From contig CDLV01000010.1 of the NCBI GenBank assembly GCA_001244265.2, positions 434,001-498,000 on the forward strand: 64,000 nt of DNA. Reading direction: 5' to 3'. Source of the stretch: Microbotryum violaceum. Lineage: Eukaryota. Under the pieces are notes generated by a model, which did not search any database, was not told the DNA's origin, and was given only the letters and a program-made list of their open reading frames with translations. This document shows, one piece after another, positions 10,540 through 20,895 of this stretch. Positions within the stretch are counted from its first letter, which is position 1. The number at the start of each line of letters is the position of its first letter. The position numbers were made by a program, and so were the translations under genes.

Positions 10540-10655
10540 GCCCGGATGGTCTAGTGGTATGATTCGCCCTTAGGGAGTTAACAGTCTTGTGCCTTCTTGC
10601 GCTCTGGATGTATCTACTTTGGGCGAGGTCCCCGGTTCAATCCCGGGTTCGGGCC
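10540..10655 (+). tRNA. tRNA-Pro(AGG) with 44-nt intron (10576-10619)
   Basis: Acceptor GCCCGGA/TTCGGGC, D-arm TGGTCTAGTGGTATGAT, anticodon stem CGCCC/GGGCG with loop TT-AGG-G^T, T-arm CCCGG-TTCAATC-CCGGG, discriminator C, T-rich terminator ~10670-10677. Confidence 0.95.
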
Positions 10656-10923
10656 ATTGCCATGCCGTGTTTCTTTTGCTGCATTGAAGTCACAGTTTTT
10701 GCTTCGCCAATATATTTCTCATCCTGTTGGTTGTTTATGTATGCACATTACCGAATTACGCCATTCCACAGGGGGATCTCTTCACAGCTAAATCTAGCCG
10801 GGTTCGTCTGCTTCCGGACTTTCAAGGGCTACCAGAGCCTCCCTGGTCGCACGAAGAAGTCTACTTTTTATTGGAAAACCAAGGTATCATGGCACTAGCA
10901 CGTATGCTTGCGCAACGCACCCC

Positions 10924-12952
10924 CTATCGTCCCTCACGTGCATCCCAAATGACGTCGGCCCTCTCATTCTCCTGATTCTTGTGCTCGAGTCTTACCACCC
11001 CCGATTCTAGATGTCGCACGGCCGAGAGATAATACGTGCGCTTCTCGATACTCTCATGCTTCCCCGGTCGAATCGGATGGAACGTCTCGAACTCCCACCA
11101 TGTATGTTCGGAGCGGTTTAATTCGGACTCGGACAATGCCCTCGCTTCGATCGAGATGCTGTAACCGAGACTGACAACGACTTTGCCGTCTTCGAAAACG
11201 TAGCGTCGACCCCAGTTGTTACCCCGACGGCTTTGGCTGCTCGTCCTACGAGACTGATGCTCTTCCGTAGATCTCCGCTCCCACTCTCAGACCATGGCGG
11301 GAAAATAGTAAACCAGCTGCGAGCACATGGCAGAGTGATGCGGTCAGTAAAAATTGGCCCGGTGCAGTGAGTGCAAAATTTAGCTCGGCGCGACGGACCT
11401 GCCCCAATGATGAAGTGATGTGATGAGGAAACCGGACTGGAAGAATCCTGTTCCATCTCCACGGATGTCAAGTTGATGTAACGTATCATCGAGGGTCAAA
11501 ACGTCTTGAATGTCCTTTTTGGTAGCCAAAGCTGCACAGTGCGCGACCATTGCATCACCACCGAACGCCGAACCAAATTTGTCAAGGCATTCTTCGACTG
11601 CGATCCATGTGATCTGTCAGCTACTTCCCAATGCGCCGTTCGAAAGCAAGCTCTACTGACTTTGGCCCGGGCCGTTGAAAACGTGCAACATCGCTCGGCT
11701 AACGAAGATTCCTGCACCACCGTAACTGATGTGACCCCATTGTTTGACCTGAAGGGTTCAGCAGAAACTGACTTAGTCGGGAGATGCTTGATCAGAAGTT
11801 ATCTATATATTTTGGCCACTCACTTGATGGACGGCTTCCGAGAGGGCGCCGATGAGGATGGGTTTTGCCGGATCGTGCTCTGACAGCATCCTCACCACCG
11901 AGTCCCAGTCGGGAAAGAAGGTATCATCGTCACTAAGAGAAGGCCGACATTGCAGCGTGAGAGCTCTCAGCTTCAACTCTAGCGCGTTGGATAAAGTGTA
12001 TCGCGACTCACCAGAACACAAACCAGTCGGTCTCGACGCCATGAGTCTTTTTCTTCCTTTGCGCTTCGGCCCACATCTCCTTGGCGAGCATAAAGTACCT
12101 CGTCTCGAATCGGTCCGCTTCCTGCTTACGCATCACGACGTTGATACCGAGCCCATGAGCCTCCTCGACGGCTTCGGTGATGCGAGACGCCTCGGTCGGG
12201 TTCGGTGGATGTGTCAAAATCAGGATCTCGGGCACCGCCAGTGTCGCCGATGAATGCCCCGAAAGGTCAATTCTCTCCTTCGATGCCGGCACCCAGTGCG
12301 ACCATACGGGTAGTGAGTAGAGCGCTAGATCAGGCGTGGTCGACATCCCGAACATGATTTTGCTATCCTTCCATGTTCTTGGAATTTCTGCGCGCGGACT
12401 AGACGGCACCCGATGGACGTGGCAAAGCTGCCTGCTTTGCTCGGGCTTGTCCGCGTGGTCCTGTAGCTGGGGGTGATGGAGCTGCGGAGCCCCGAGCAGT
12501 GTCGATTGTAGGAATCGGAGGTCGTGCGGCTGGGACGTGAAAGGCAGGAACTCTGCCGAATCAGAGCCTCCAACCCAGTAGGTGCGATTCTCTGTCCGAG
12601 CATTCGCTCCATCAGCCTGCAGGATCACGGTCGGGGTGTGGCGCTTCGATGTCGAGTGGGGGCAGAAGAAGAGCGAGTCCTTTTGCGACGACTGGTTCGA
12701 CGATGACGACCCACTGAACAGCATCAAGGTTCCTGATACGAGTATGATCACGAGCGCCAGTTTTCGTATCCGACTGCGACGTGGTCCAGAGAACTTGCCA
12801 GCGCTGGGCATGGGCTTTGACGGCGGTAGAGCTCGACCACTCGACAAGGACACGGGTTGCTCTGCGGGGGCGGGGGTGAAGGCATCGAACCCTGTTCTCC
12901 GGTTGCGAGGGGTTCCATTGATGGGCAAGATCGGTGATCTTGGTGTCGCCAT
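10924..12952 (-). CDS. Glycosyltransferase family 31 (fringe-like) type II membrane protein, multi-exon
   Basis: N-terminal TM segment LALVIILVSGTLMLF; IMFGMST; spliced TDWFVFC-DDDTFF (DxD); IGALSE; SYGGAGIFVS; LHQLDIRGDGTGFFQSG..SLHHW. Apparent 1-nt frameshift at C4 run 11222-11225. Confidence 0.82.
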
Positions 12953-13540
12953 CCTCGGGGGCTTCTTGCTTGCTCTGGCTCGGTCGATGAGTCCTGCGGA
13001 GCGAGCTTGAGCTCTAGGTCGCGGGGAGGCTGAAGCGAACTCCGAGAGCGCGGAGCCGCCGTGTGGGGTGGGAACCGGTAGTCGGGCCACTGTAATCGAA
13101 CGGCGCACGTTTAGTAGGAAACTGCGAGCCTTTACGATGAGGACGGGAAGCTGAAACGACAAGGTTCGTGTCGTGGAGGTGCGGATAGTCGACGGATGTG
13201 ACGCCGCGGCGAGGTTCCAGCTCGGAGTCCGGATTCAATTCGTCGGCCAAGTTGGCACAGAATCGAGGGCGGGACGACCCGAGGAGCCCGGCGCGCCACT
13301 TTCGACCCCAGTTTTCCTTGAGCAAACCTTCAGCTCTAAAGAGCTAAAAAGCTTCAGGGATTACTAATGTTGAGATTGTCATCAATTTCCCCAGCTCGCA
13401 CCCCCTCAATTTTCGTTGAACAAACCTTCAGCTCTAGAGAGCTTCAGGGATAAATGGCCCCTAAACGAGAAACAGGCTCAAAGACAAGACTACATATCCC
13501 GTTCCGCACAGCAGAGACGCACGGACTCGAACTCGGATTT

Positions 13541-16500
13541 TCATGCTTCAACCTCCATCCCCGGAGCCATCCCCTCGTAAAACTGCTTCCCACTCTCGGT
13601 CGCGGTGATGTAACCCTTGCGAATGACAAAGTCACCAAAACGTTCACCGTCGTTGCGCTCGAGCGCGTACTCTTTAAGCATCGGCCTCAAGATCGCCAGG
13701 ATCTCTTCTTCGTTCACCGACTCGCGGTAGATCTTGTTCAGGCGTTGACCCCAGTACCCACCGCCAAGCAACATGAGGTACGTGCCTGGTGCCTTGCCGA
13801 CAAATGCGACTTCGGCGGCCCATGGTCGTGCGCACCCGTTGGGGCAACCCGTCATCCTCATCGTGATCGAGTCGTTGCGCAAGCCCTCCTCCTCCATCAC
13901 CTTCTCGACTTTGTCAATCAGGACGGGGAGGTATCGCTCTGACTCGGCCATGGCAAGACCGCAAGTCGGGAACGCGACGCAAGCCGCCGACGACAAGCGC
14001 AAGCCGGAGAAGTCGACCTTGTCGAGGTTGTACTTGGAAAGAATCGACTGAATCGTCTTCTCCTCCTCGACGGGGATGTCGGAGATGATGAGATGCTGAT
14101 TCGCGGTGAGGCGGAACACACCCTTGTGCGCCTTGGCGATCGCAGCAAGACCGGTCTTGTAAGGTCGTCCCGGCTCATCCTGAACACGGCCGTTCTCGAC
14201 GAAGCAGGTAAAGTGCTTCTTGCCGTCGTGGCCGGTCTGCCAACCAAACTGATCGACGTTGGACGTAAACTCGAAACGCCTGGCCGGCTGGAGGTTGTAC
14301 CCGAGGCGCTTCTCGAACTCGGCCTTGAATGCATCGATGCCCATGCGGTCGACGGTGTACTTGACACGCGCGTTCTTGCGGTTCGCACGGTTGCCGTTAT
14401 CGCGCTGCGTCGTCAGGACAGCCTTGGCGACCTCGAGGCCTTGCTCGGGCGTGCAGAAACCGACGACATCCGCCAAGCGAGGGTAGGTCGACTTCATTGA
14501 GTGGGTGACACCCATACCTCCACCGATGGTAATGTTGAAGCCGAGAAGCTCCTTGTTCGCGTCGAGGATGGCGATGTAACCGAGATCGTGGCAGTAGACA
14601 TCGACATCGTTCGTCGGTGGGACTGCAATGGCGATCTTGAACTTGCGAGGCTGTTAGTGAGTAAGCGGTCAGCTGACTTGAAGGGACGGATCCAATATTG
14701 GCAAGCCGCTACAACTCACCAAGTAGTATTCGCCATACAGAGGTTCCACATCCTTGACGGCCTCGCCGACAATCTGCTTCTTGTCAAGCCAAATCTCGGC
14801 GTAGGCGCTCGTCTGTGGCATGAGACCGTCCGACAACTCCTTGGCAAAGTCAAAGACCTTGCTATGCAGAGGGCCGAGGTTGGGGTTGGCCGAGCACATG
14901 ACGGTTCGGTTGACGTCACCGCACGCAGCGATGGTGTCGAGCAGCATCTTGTTGATCTCTTGCATCGCGGGCTTAAGGTTGGCTTTGACGATGCCGTGGA
15001 ACTGGAATGTCTGGCGCGTCGTAAGCTTGAACGTGTTGTTACCTCGGCGGTCGGCGATCTCGTCAACGGCAAGCCACTGCGACGGGGTGCACACGCCAGC
15101 GGGCAAGCGCATGCGGACCATGAAAGAGTAGGCGGGCTCGAGGCCGGCGGCCTTGCGTTCGTCGCGGATATCTCGGTCGTCTTGTTGGTAGATGCCGTGG
15201 AACTTGGTCAACTGACCATCGGATTCGGCGAGCGCACCCGTCGTCGTGTCCTCGAGACCTTCCTTGATCGTGCCTCGGAGGTAGTTGGACGCAATCTTGA
15301 TGTGCTCGTTTGTGATGGGCTCGAGCTCGGGTTCGTTCGACTCGAAGCCATCAACGCCAAGCGCCTTCCACATGGCCGGCTCCCAGACCTTATAAGCGGT
15401 CTGCGGTCCATCCGGGTCCTGGTCGTCTCCGAGACCGAGGGGCACGATCTCTTGCGCGTTCAACTCGAGCAGGGCTTTGTGCAGATCCTTGCACGCCTTG
15501 TTGTAGTAGTGCGCATCCTCTTTTCGCGGCCAGTAGTGCGAGTCACCGAGACCGAAGACGGAGAACTGCACCTCGGCGAGGTCGGGGACCTTACGCGCTT
15601 GGAGGGCCTTCCACAGCTCACGGCCGTTCTGAGGGAATTCACCCTGTCCGGCGACAGAGGTGAAGAAGGCAATGTTTTTCTCAAAGGGGACATCCTCGAT
15701 CGGCATGTCGTCGAAGGCAAGGGCGCGAGCAGCGACACCGCGCTGTCGGGCGCGACTGACGAACTTTTTCGCAAGCTTCTCGGCGTTACCACCATCGGAC
15801 GCGAAGAGAACGAGCAGAGGAGGACCCTCGAGCGCGTTGGAAAGGGCGTCAAAGGCCTCTCGTGCCTTCCTTTTCTGCAGAGCGACCAACTTGGTGCCAG
15901 CGCCGCTCTCGAGCGCCTCACCGAAGGTCGGTAATCGCGCACTGAGCTCGGTCAGGTGGTTCTGGCGATCGAGGAAAGTCCTCAAATCAGCCTTGATCTT
16001 CTCCGAGTCGAGCTCAAAGACCTCGGCGCCTCGAGCCTCGGCCGAAGGGTCCCATCGATACAAGGGCCATGTGCCAATCTCGATCGCCTTCTTCGTCTGC
16101 TTGAGAATTTCGAGCGCACGGGTCGAGTCATTCTCGCCTCCGGGCAAGTACGCGAGGATGATCGAAGGGCCCTTGTACGCATCGGCTTCGGCAAAGGCGC
16201 GCAAGGTCTGCGAGAAATCACCGTAAACGGCGACGGATGCGACGTAGGCGTTGCCGTACGTCATGGCGTACAAGCCCGCATCCTTGCGGCGTTGAGAAGG
16301 TGTGGGTCCTTCGCCGGGGAGAGTATAAGAGGTCGTGTCGATCAAGAGCAAGTTGACGTCGGCTCCCGTCGAGAGGGCGTGGTGCAGACCCGAAGCACCG
16401 AGATCGTGGGACCACGCCTCGGAGCCAATAATCCAGTTAGACTTGCGACCAAACTGGGCGTCACGGAGCGAAGACGAGGCAACTTTGGCGGCAGCGTCCG

Positions 16501-17893
16501 AAGCAGCCTTGACAACCTTGTCGCTGCGGTCGTCCTGCAGCCACGCGGTAAGCGCCTTGGCTGCAGACTCGTCGATCCCCGGTGCAGCCACGGCCTCGCG
16601 GACAGTTCGGCGAAGCTCCTCTCGCTTCTTTTGCGCGCCAAGGACGTGTCCGAGGGCGTACTCAGGTGAAGTGGCCGAGATGGTCGAGGTCGAGGTCGAG
16701 GGGAACAAAGAAGAGGGCGCGTTGGCCACCCACAGTCGCTGGCCGAAAACTTCGTTCAACAAGTTCGTGTATGTGGACTCGTGTTTGGGAGGGACAGCAG
16801 TCGCCGATGTGAACGCAGATGAGCCTGAGGGCGAAGGGACGGTGCCAATTGTGATGGGGCTCGATCCAATGGCGACGGCGTCTGGCGGCAATCGACGGAG
16901 AGACGGTGAGATCAGCCTTTGGCCATCGGGGCGTCACTCGCTACGTTGGAGGAAGCACTGCGGATCAAGCTCACCTTGGATAGCCTTGAACGCCACGTTT
17001 CCATCTTGGACTTGGCCAAGCGTTGCAGAAAGGATGGTTGGGACCTGCGCCTCATCATCGCTGTCCGCGAAGGCTCCGACGACGTCGAGGAACAGGGGCG
17101 ACCACTTGGCGGTCTTTTGGTAGTTTTGCTCGAGCACGACGATGTTCGATGTGCCCGATGGAACAAGCTGACGCATACGTTGCGCTGAGAGAGGTCGGTA
17201 GAGGTTGAGCGAGACGAGAGTGACATCGGCGGGGAGCGACGAGGCCAAAGCAGCGACGTCGCCCAGCGCCAACACGACCGTCGACCCCGAGCCCGACGAG
17301 GTGACGGCCGAAGCAGCGTTCGAGCTCGGCAAAGCGCCAAAAGCCGATTCAAACGAGGCCAGCAAAGCATCCGCAGTCGAAGCTGCGTGCGAGTGGCCAT
17401 TCGAAGAACCGTTCGCGAACTTGCCATTGGACTGCGCAGACGAAGCGGCGGCGGCGGCGGCACCGAGGACCCAGTCTTGCGATACACTGGCATTCTGTCC
17501 CAACGAGATGGCATCCGCAGCAAACTCGCCAAAGTGCAGGACGGCACGACCTTGGGCGGCTACATGAGCTGCGACGAGCGCGTTCGCGTCGGCTTGCTGC
17601 TGGTTGGCCGAGTACAGCAAGGGGAGGCCGGTCGAGCGCAGGGCAGTGACAGCCGAGTGATCCCCATTCGAGGCAGCAGTCGAGACTTGAAGAACGACGG
17701 GCGATCGCAACAAAGGCTTGAGCGACGGCAGCAACTGGACGAGCTCCGATGGCGAGAGGACTACGAGCGCTGGTGGCGAAGGCGTGGGCGCGGAGGCGAA
17801 CGAGGCCGGCGAAAGTACGGCGCTCGAAAGCAACTGCGCGCCCGGGATGCGCGACGTGCTCGAGACGGACGAATGCAGGCTAGAGCTCGACAT
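13541..17893 (-). CDS. MET5: Assimilatory sulfite reductase beta (hemoprotein) subunit
   Basis: Flavodoxin domain (LFASDGGNAE..FGLGDSHY), TKFHGIYQQDDRD, LTTRQTFQFHG, ACGDVNR, spliced YL-PRKFKIA, siroheme/4Fe4S motifs CVAFPTC and GCPNGC. Introns ~16974-16882 and ~14719-14652. Confidence 0.95.
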
Positions 17894-18599
17894 GGTCAGG
17901 CAAGGAGTACGAGCCGGGCCGAGGCAACGAAAGTAGGGGCACAATCGTGCGCGTGCGTAGCGAGCAAGAGGAAGATGCAGAGAGCGGCGATGGAGGCGAT
18001 CCGACCCGCGAAGCCCAACGCGACGACGATCACGCCTTCGCGATCCGGACTGACATTCGGCGAGTCTTCATTGGCCTACCTGGCTCGCTTCGCGATCGCC
18101 ACTTTGTCTGGCTTCGTCAAATCCAGTGGTGATTTCCTCACTTTCCCTTTCAATCGCGTTTACAAGTTTTCCTGATTATAAGCATTCTGCTATCACGTAG
18201 AATTTTGCGCGCTATGACACTCGGGCGCGGACTCCCGAATTTCGTAGCTCCGTGTTTCAGTCCGTGGCGCTGTCAAGCCTCGCTGCGACTGAGCGCGCAC
18301 CGAGACTCGAACTCACTGCGAAACCCGTCAAAGCCCCTGACGAAAGTATGACAGCAGGGGAAGTAAGCACTGCGCCTAGATTAGCCCTAATTATCCGCCA
18401 GGACGTGCCAATGTCACCAATTCTCATGCTGCCCAGGGGCCAGTGTCGAAAAGGAGCAGTTTACCTTAAGTGAGATTCCTCTTGATTATTTCTTCAGTCT
18501 AAGTAAATCGCTGCCAGCTGCCAATAGCCCTCTGGCGCGGGTCGGCCGCGGCGCCCCCTTCCGACCGAAGCAGCAGATGAATCGGCGAAAAGGGCGTCA

Positions 18600-18609
18600 G
18601 TCACGTGAT
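18600..18609. promoter_or_regulatory. Palindromic E-box GTCACGTGAT (Cbf1-type bHLH site) ~700 bp upstream of MET5
   Basis: Exact motif seen; function inferred from S. cerevisiae MET gene regulation. Confidence 0.35.
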
Positions 18610-18722
18610 TGACTTGACCCGGTCGACCCTCAGCGGAGTGTCACAGCAGATGATGTTTTTTTATTTATTTAAAATGATATACTTCATTAACAGCATAATT
18701 ATACTAATACGCAATCAAGCGT

Positions 18723-19727
18723 TCATGTGATATCCAATCTTCTCCTCTCCGGAGATGCCACCAATTCGCTCGGACCACCTTTCATCAGCCCCTCCCCGGA
18801 CTCGTCCCAGAGCGCGCCCTCCGAACCCTGCTTCGCCTCCAAAGCAGCTGTTTGCACAAATTTGGGCCACCCTTTCCCAGCCCACCACTTTTCCGACCGT
18901 TCTCTAGTCCTTTCTTTAGTCTCACCAACACTGAGCCAATACTTGGCGGCGCGTTCCCTCATCTTCTCATCGCCGGTCATGACCTCGATCAAGTCGATGC
19001 CGAACTCGTTCGCGAGACCTCGTCCTTCCTTGAGCAACAACGATCGTCGGTAAACCAGGCGTTTGACGCCGCAGGTCAGGAGTAATGGGAAACAGGCGTA
19101 GCACGGTGGGAAGGTGATGTACGCGGTCGAACCTTGAAGGTTGATACCTCGGGAGGCGGCGACGGAGATGCACCGAGCTTCGGCATGGAGTTCGGTCTGT
19201 TTGCTTTGCAGAACGAGGTAGTGCTTGGACGAGCTAGCCAAGTGAGGGTCATTTTTTGTATTCCCGGGAGTATGCTCCATGGGTGAGGGCAAAGGGGTAT
19301 TGTTGGAGTGCACGAGGACGGAGCCAAGAAAGTCGAAAGACTTTGCGCCGAGCTTAGAGTCGGGATCCCATGGTCGGATGGATTGGTCGGTTGGAGGTGG
19401 CTTGACGAAGATGCAGGCCATTGATCCTCTTCTGGACATGGACAACCTCGAGTAGATCAAGGCGAGCGTCAAATAGTGCTCGTCGAGCGAGGTGCCGGGT
19501 TGGGAGAGGTCGGGAGTGTAAGACGGCAGGTGGTTCGTTTGGAAGTCGAAGCAGTTCGAGATCCATGACGAGCTCTGATTCCTTGTAGGGGTAGCAGCCA
19601 GTGCAGACGTTGAAGCCACTGAACGATCTGGATAAGCAACCGACAGTGTTAGCCCCGATTTCGTCTCCACCTGCCCCACATCCCACATCCCATGACCCCT
19701 TGACTCACCGACGTCATGCACGGCCAT
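18723..19727 (-). CDS. Cytidine/dCMP deaminase-family zinc-binding protein
   Basis: ELHAEARC..YITFPPCYAC..GVKRLVY (HxE/PCxxC). Probable short first exon MAVHDV, then a GTGAGT..CTAAC..CAG intron. Confidence 0.8.
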   Translation of the reverse strand: MAVHDVGESRGHGMWDVGQVETKSGLTLSVAYPDRSVASTSALAATPTRNQSSSWISNCFDFQTNHLPSYTPDLSQPGTSLDEHYLTLALIYSRLSMSRRGSMACIFVKPPPTDQSIRPWDPDSKLGAKSFDFLGSVLVHSNNTPLPSPMEHTPGNTKNDPHLASSSKHYLVLQSKQTELHAEARCISVAASRGINLQGSTAYITFPPCYACFPLLLTCGVKRLVYRRSLLLKEGRGLANEFGIDLIEVMTGDEKMRERAAKYWLSVGETKERTRERSEKWWAGKGWPKFVQTAALEAKQGSEGALWDESGEGLMKGGPSELVASPERRRLDIT

Positions 19728-20057
19728 CCTGGGCGAAGTAGTGTTTATCACGCCCTCACGAACGCCTTGAGTGCAGCCGATGGTGCTCTGGGTTATCGCT
19801 ACTGTCACCGAGTAAGCATTCGAAGGGGAATGCAGGTGGAAGGAGGCCGAGCATGAGCTCCGCAGCGCTTCGACACGGCTCCGTTGCAAGCTCGCGCCCG
19901 GACACTTGCAGACACTCGCACGGACTCTCGCAGACACCTGCACTCTCTTGCACTACACTTGCTTGCACGCGGTGACGTGACGCGACTAGACGCGGACGCG
20001 ACCTGTCGCCTTCCTTCACTTCTGCACCCACACCCACCATAGACTAAACCCCCCACC

Positions 20058-20734
20058 ATGAACCCTTCCACTTCACGACGGAGGTCCTCTACGCCACCCT
20101 CGTCTCCACCTTACTCCTTCTCGAACGGGCACCACGAGCCTTTCGGCTCCTCGCTCTCTCAATCGACTTCCAAACGCCCGACCCTGTCGACCGTCAATTC
20201 AGGCATCAACACCCCGACCGAACAAGACCACTACGACATCTACTGTATACCCTGCACATGTCCCTGTCTATCCGTGCCGCAAACAACGGCCTATCCCTCC
20301 GCTTCTTTCCTGATAGTGCATCGACAATCAGGGATGGCTACAGGTCTGGGCGTACGATTCGGGATACAGTCCTCTTCAACTTCACCCGAGGCGTTGATAG
20401 GCGTTGTTGCCGATCCGGGATTTTCCTTACATCGCGAAGAAGGGTTCGACAAAGACAAGGCCGTTTTGCTCGGTTGGGTCGAACAGGAACGCCTCGGATT
20501 CTTGGAACAAATTATTCGAGCGGTCGAGATACCCAAACCACAGGTACGGCGATCGGCAACAAGGAGCTGTTAGGCACGCTCAGAAGTCTGAGCTGACTGT
20601 GTTGGAGGTCTCTACAGAACGGGAGAGAGATGCTTGATTGGCTCTTGGCCGTCGCTCGGGTGTTGGAGTACGAAGGCATAGCCGCCAATGGCGAATTGCT
20701 ACTCGGTGACATTCTCGACGCACGAACGGCATAA
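20058..20734 (+). CDS. Hypothetical protein, two exons
   Basis: ATG ORF; phase-0 intron GTACGG..CTGAC..TACAG (~20544-20617) joins IPKPQ to NGREMLDWLLAVARVLEYEGIA..TA*. Confidence 0.6.
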
Positions 20735-20895
20735 CAAACCCAAGATGGAGGAGAATTACAGTTGGAACAAACATCTAATCGTCCTTGGATACACGGAAGG
20801 ACTCAATTCCGCAATGACTAGTGTACAAGATTACGAACAAGGAAGGAATATGCAATAACATCGGATCGGGAGGAGGAAACTGGCTTCGTCCATAT

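Noticed and set aside
14501-17123. Long + strand ORFs opposite MET5 (and similar ones opposite POL1, kinesin and LINE ORF2)
   Set aside because: Antisense shadows of GC3-rich coding sequence with no recognisable motifs.
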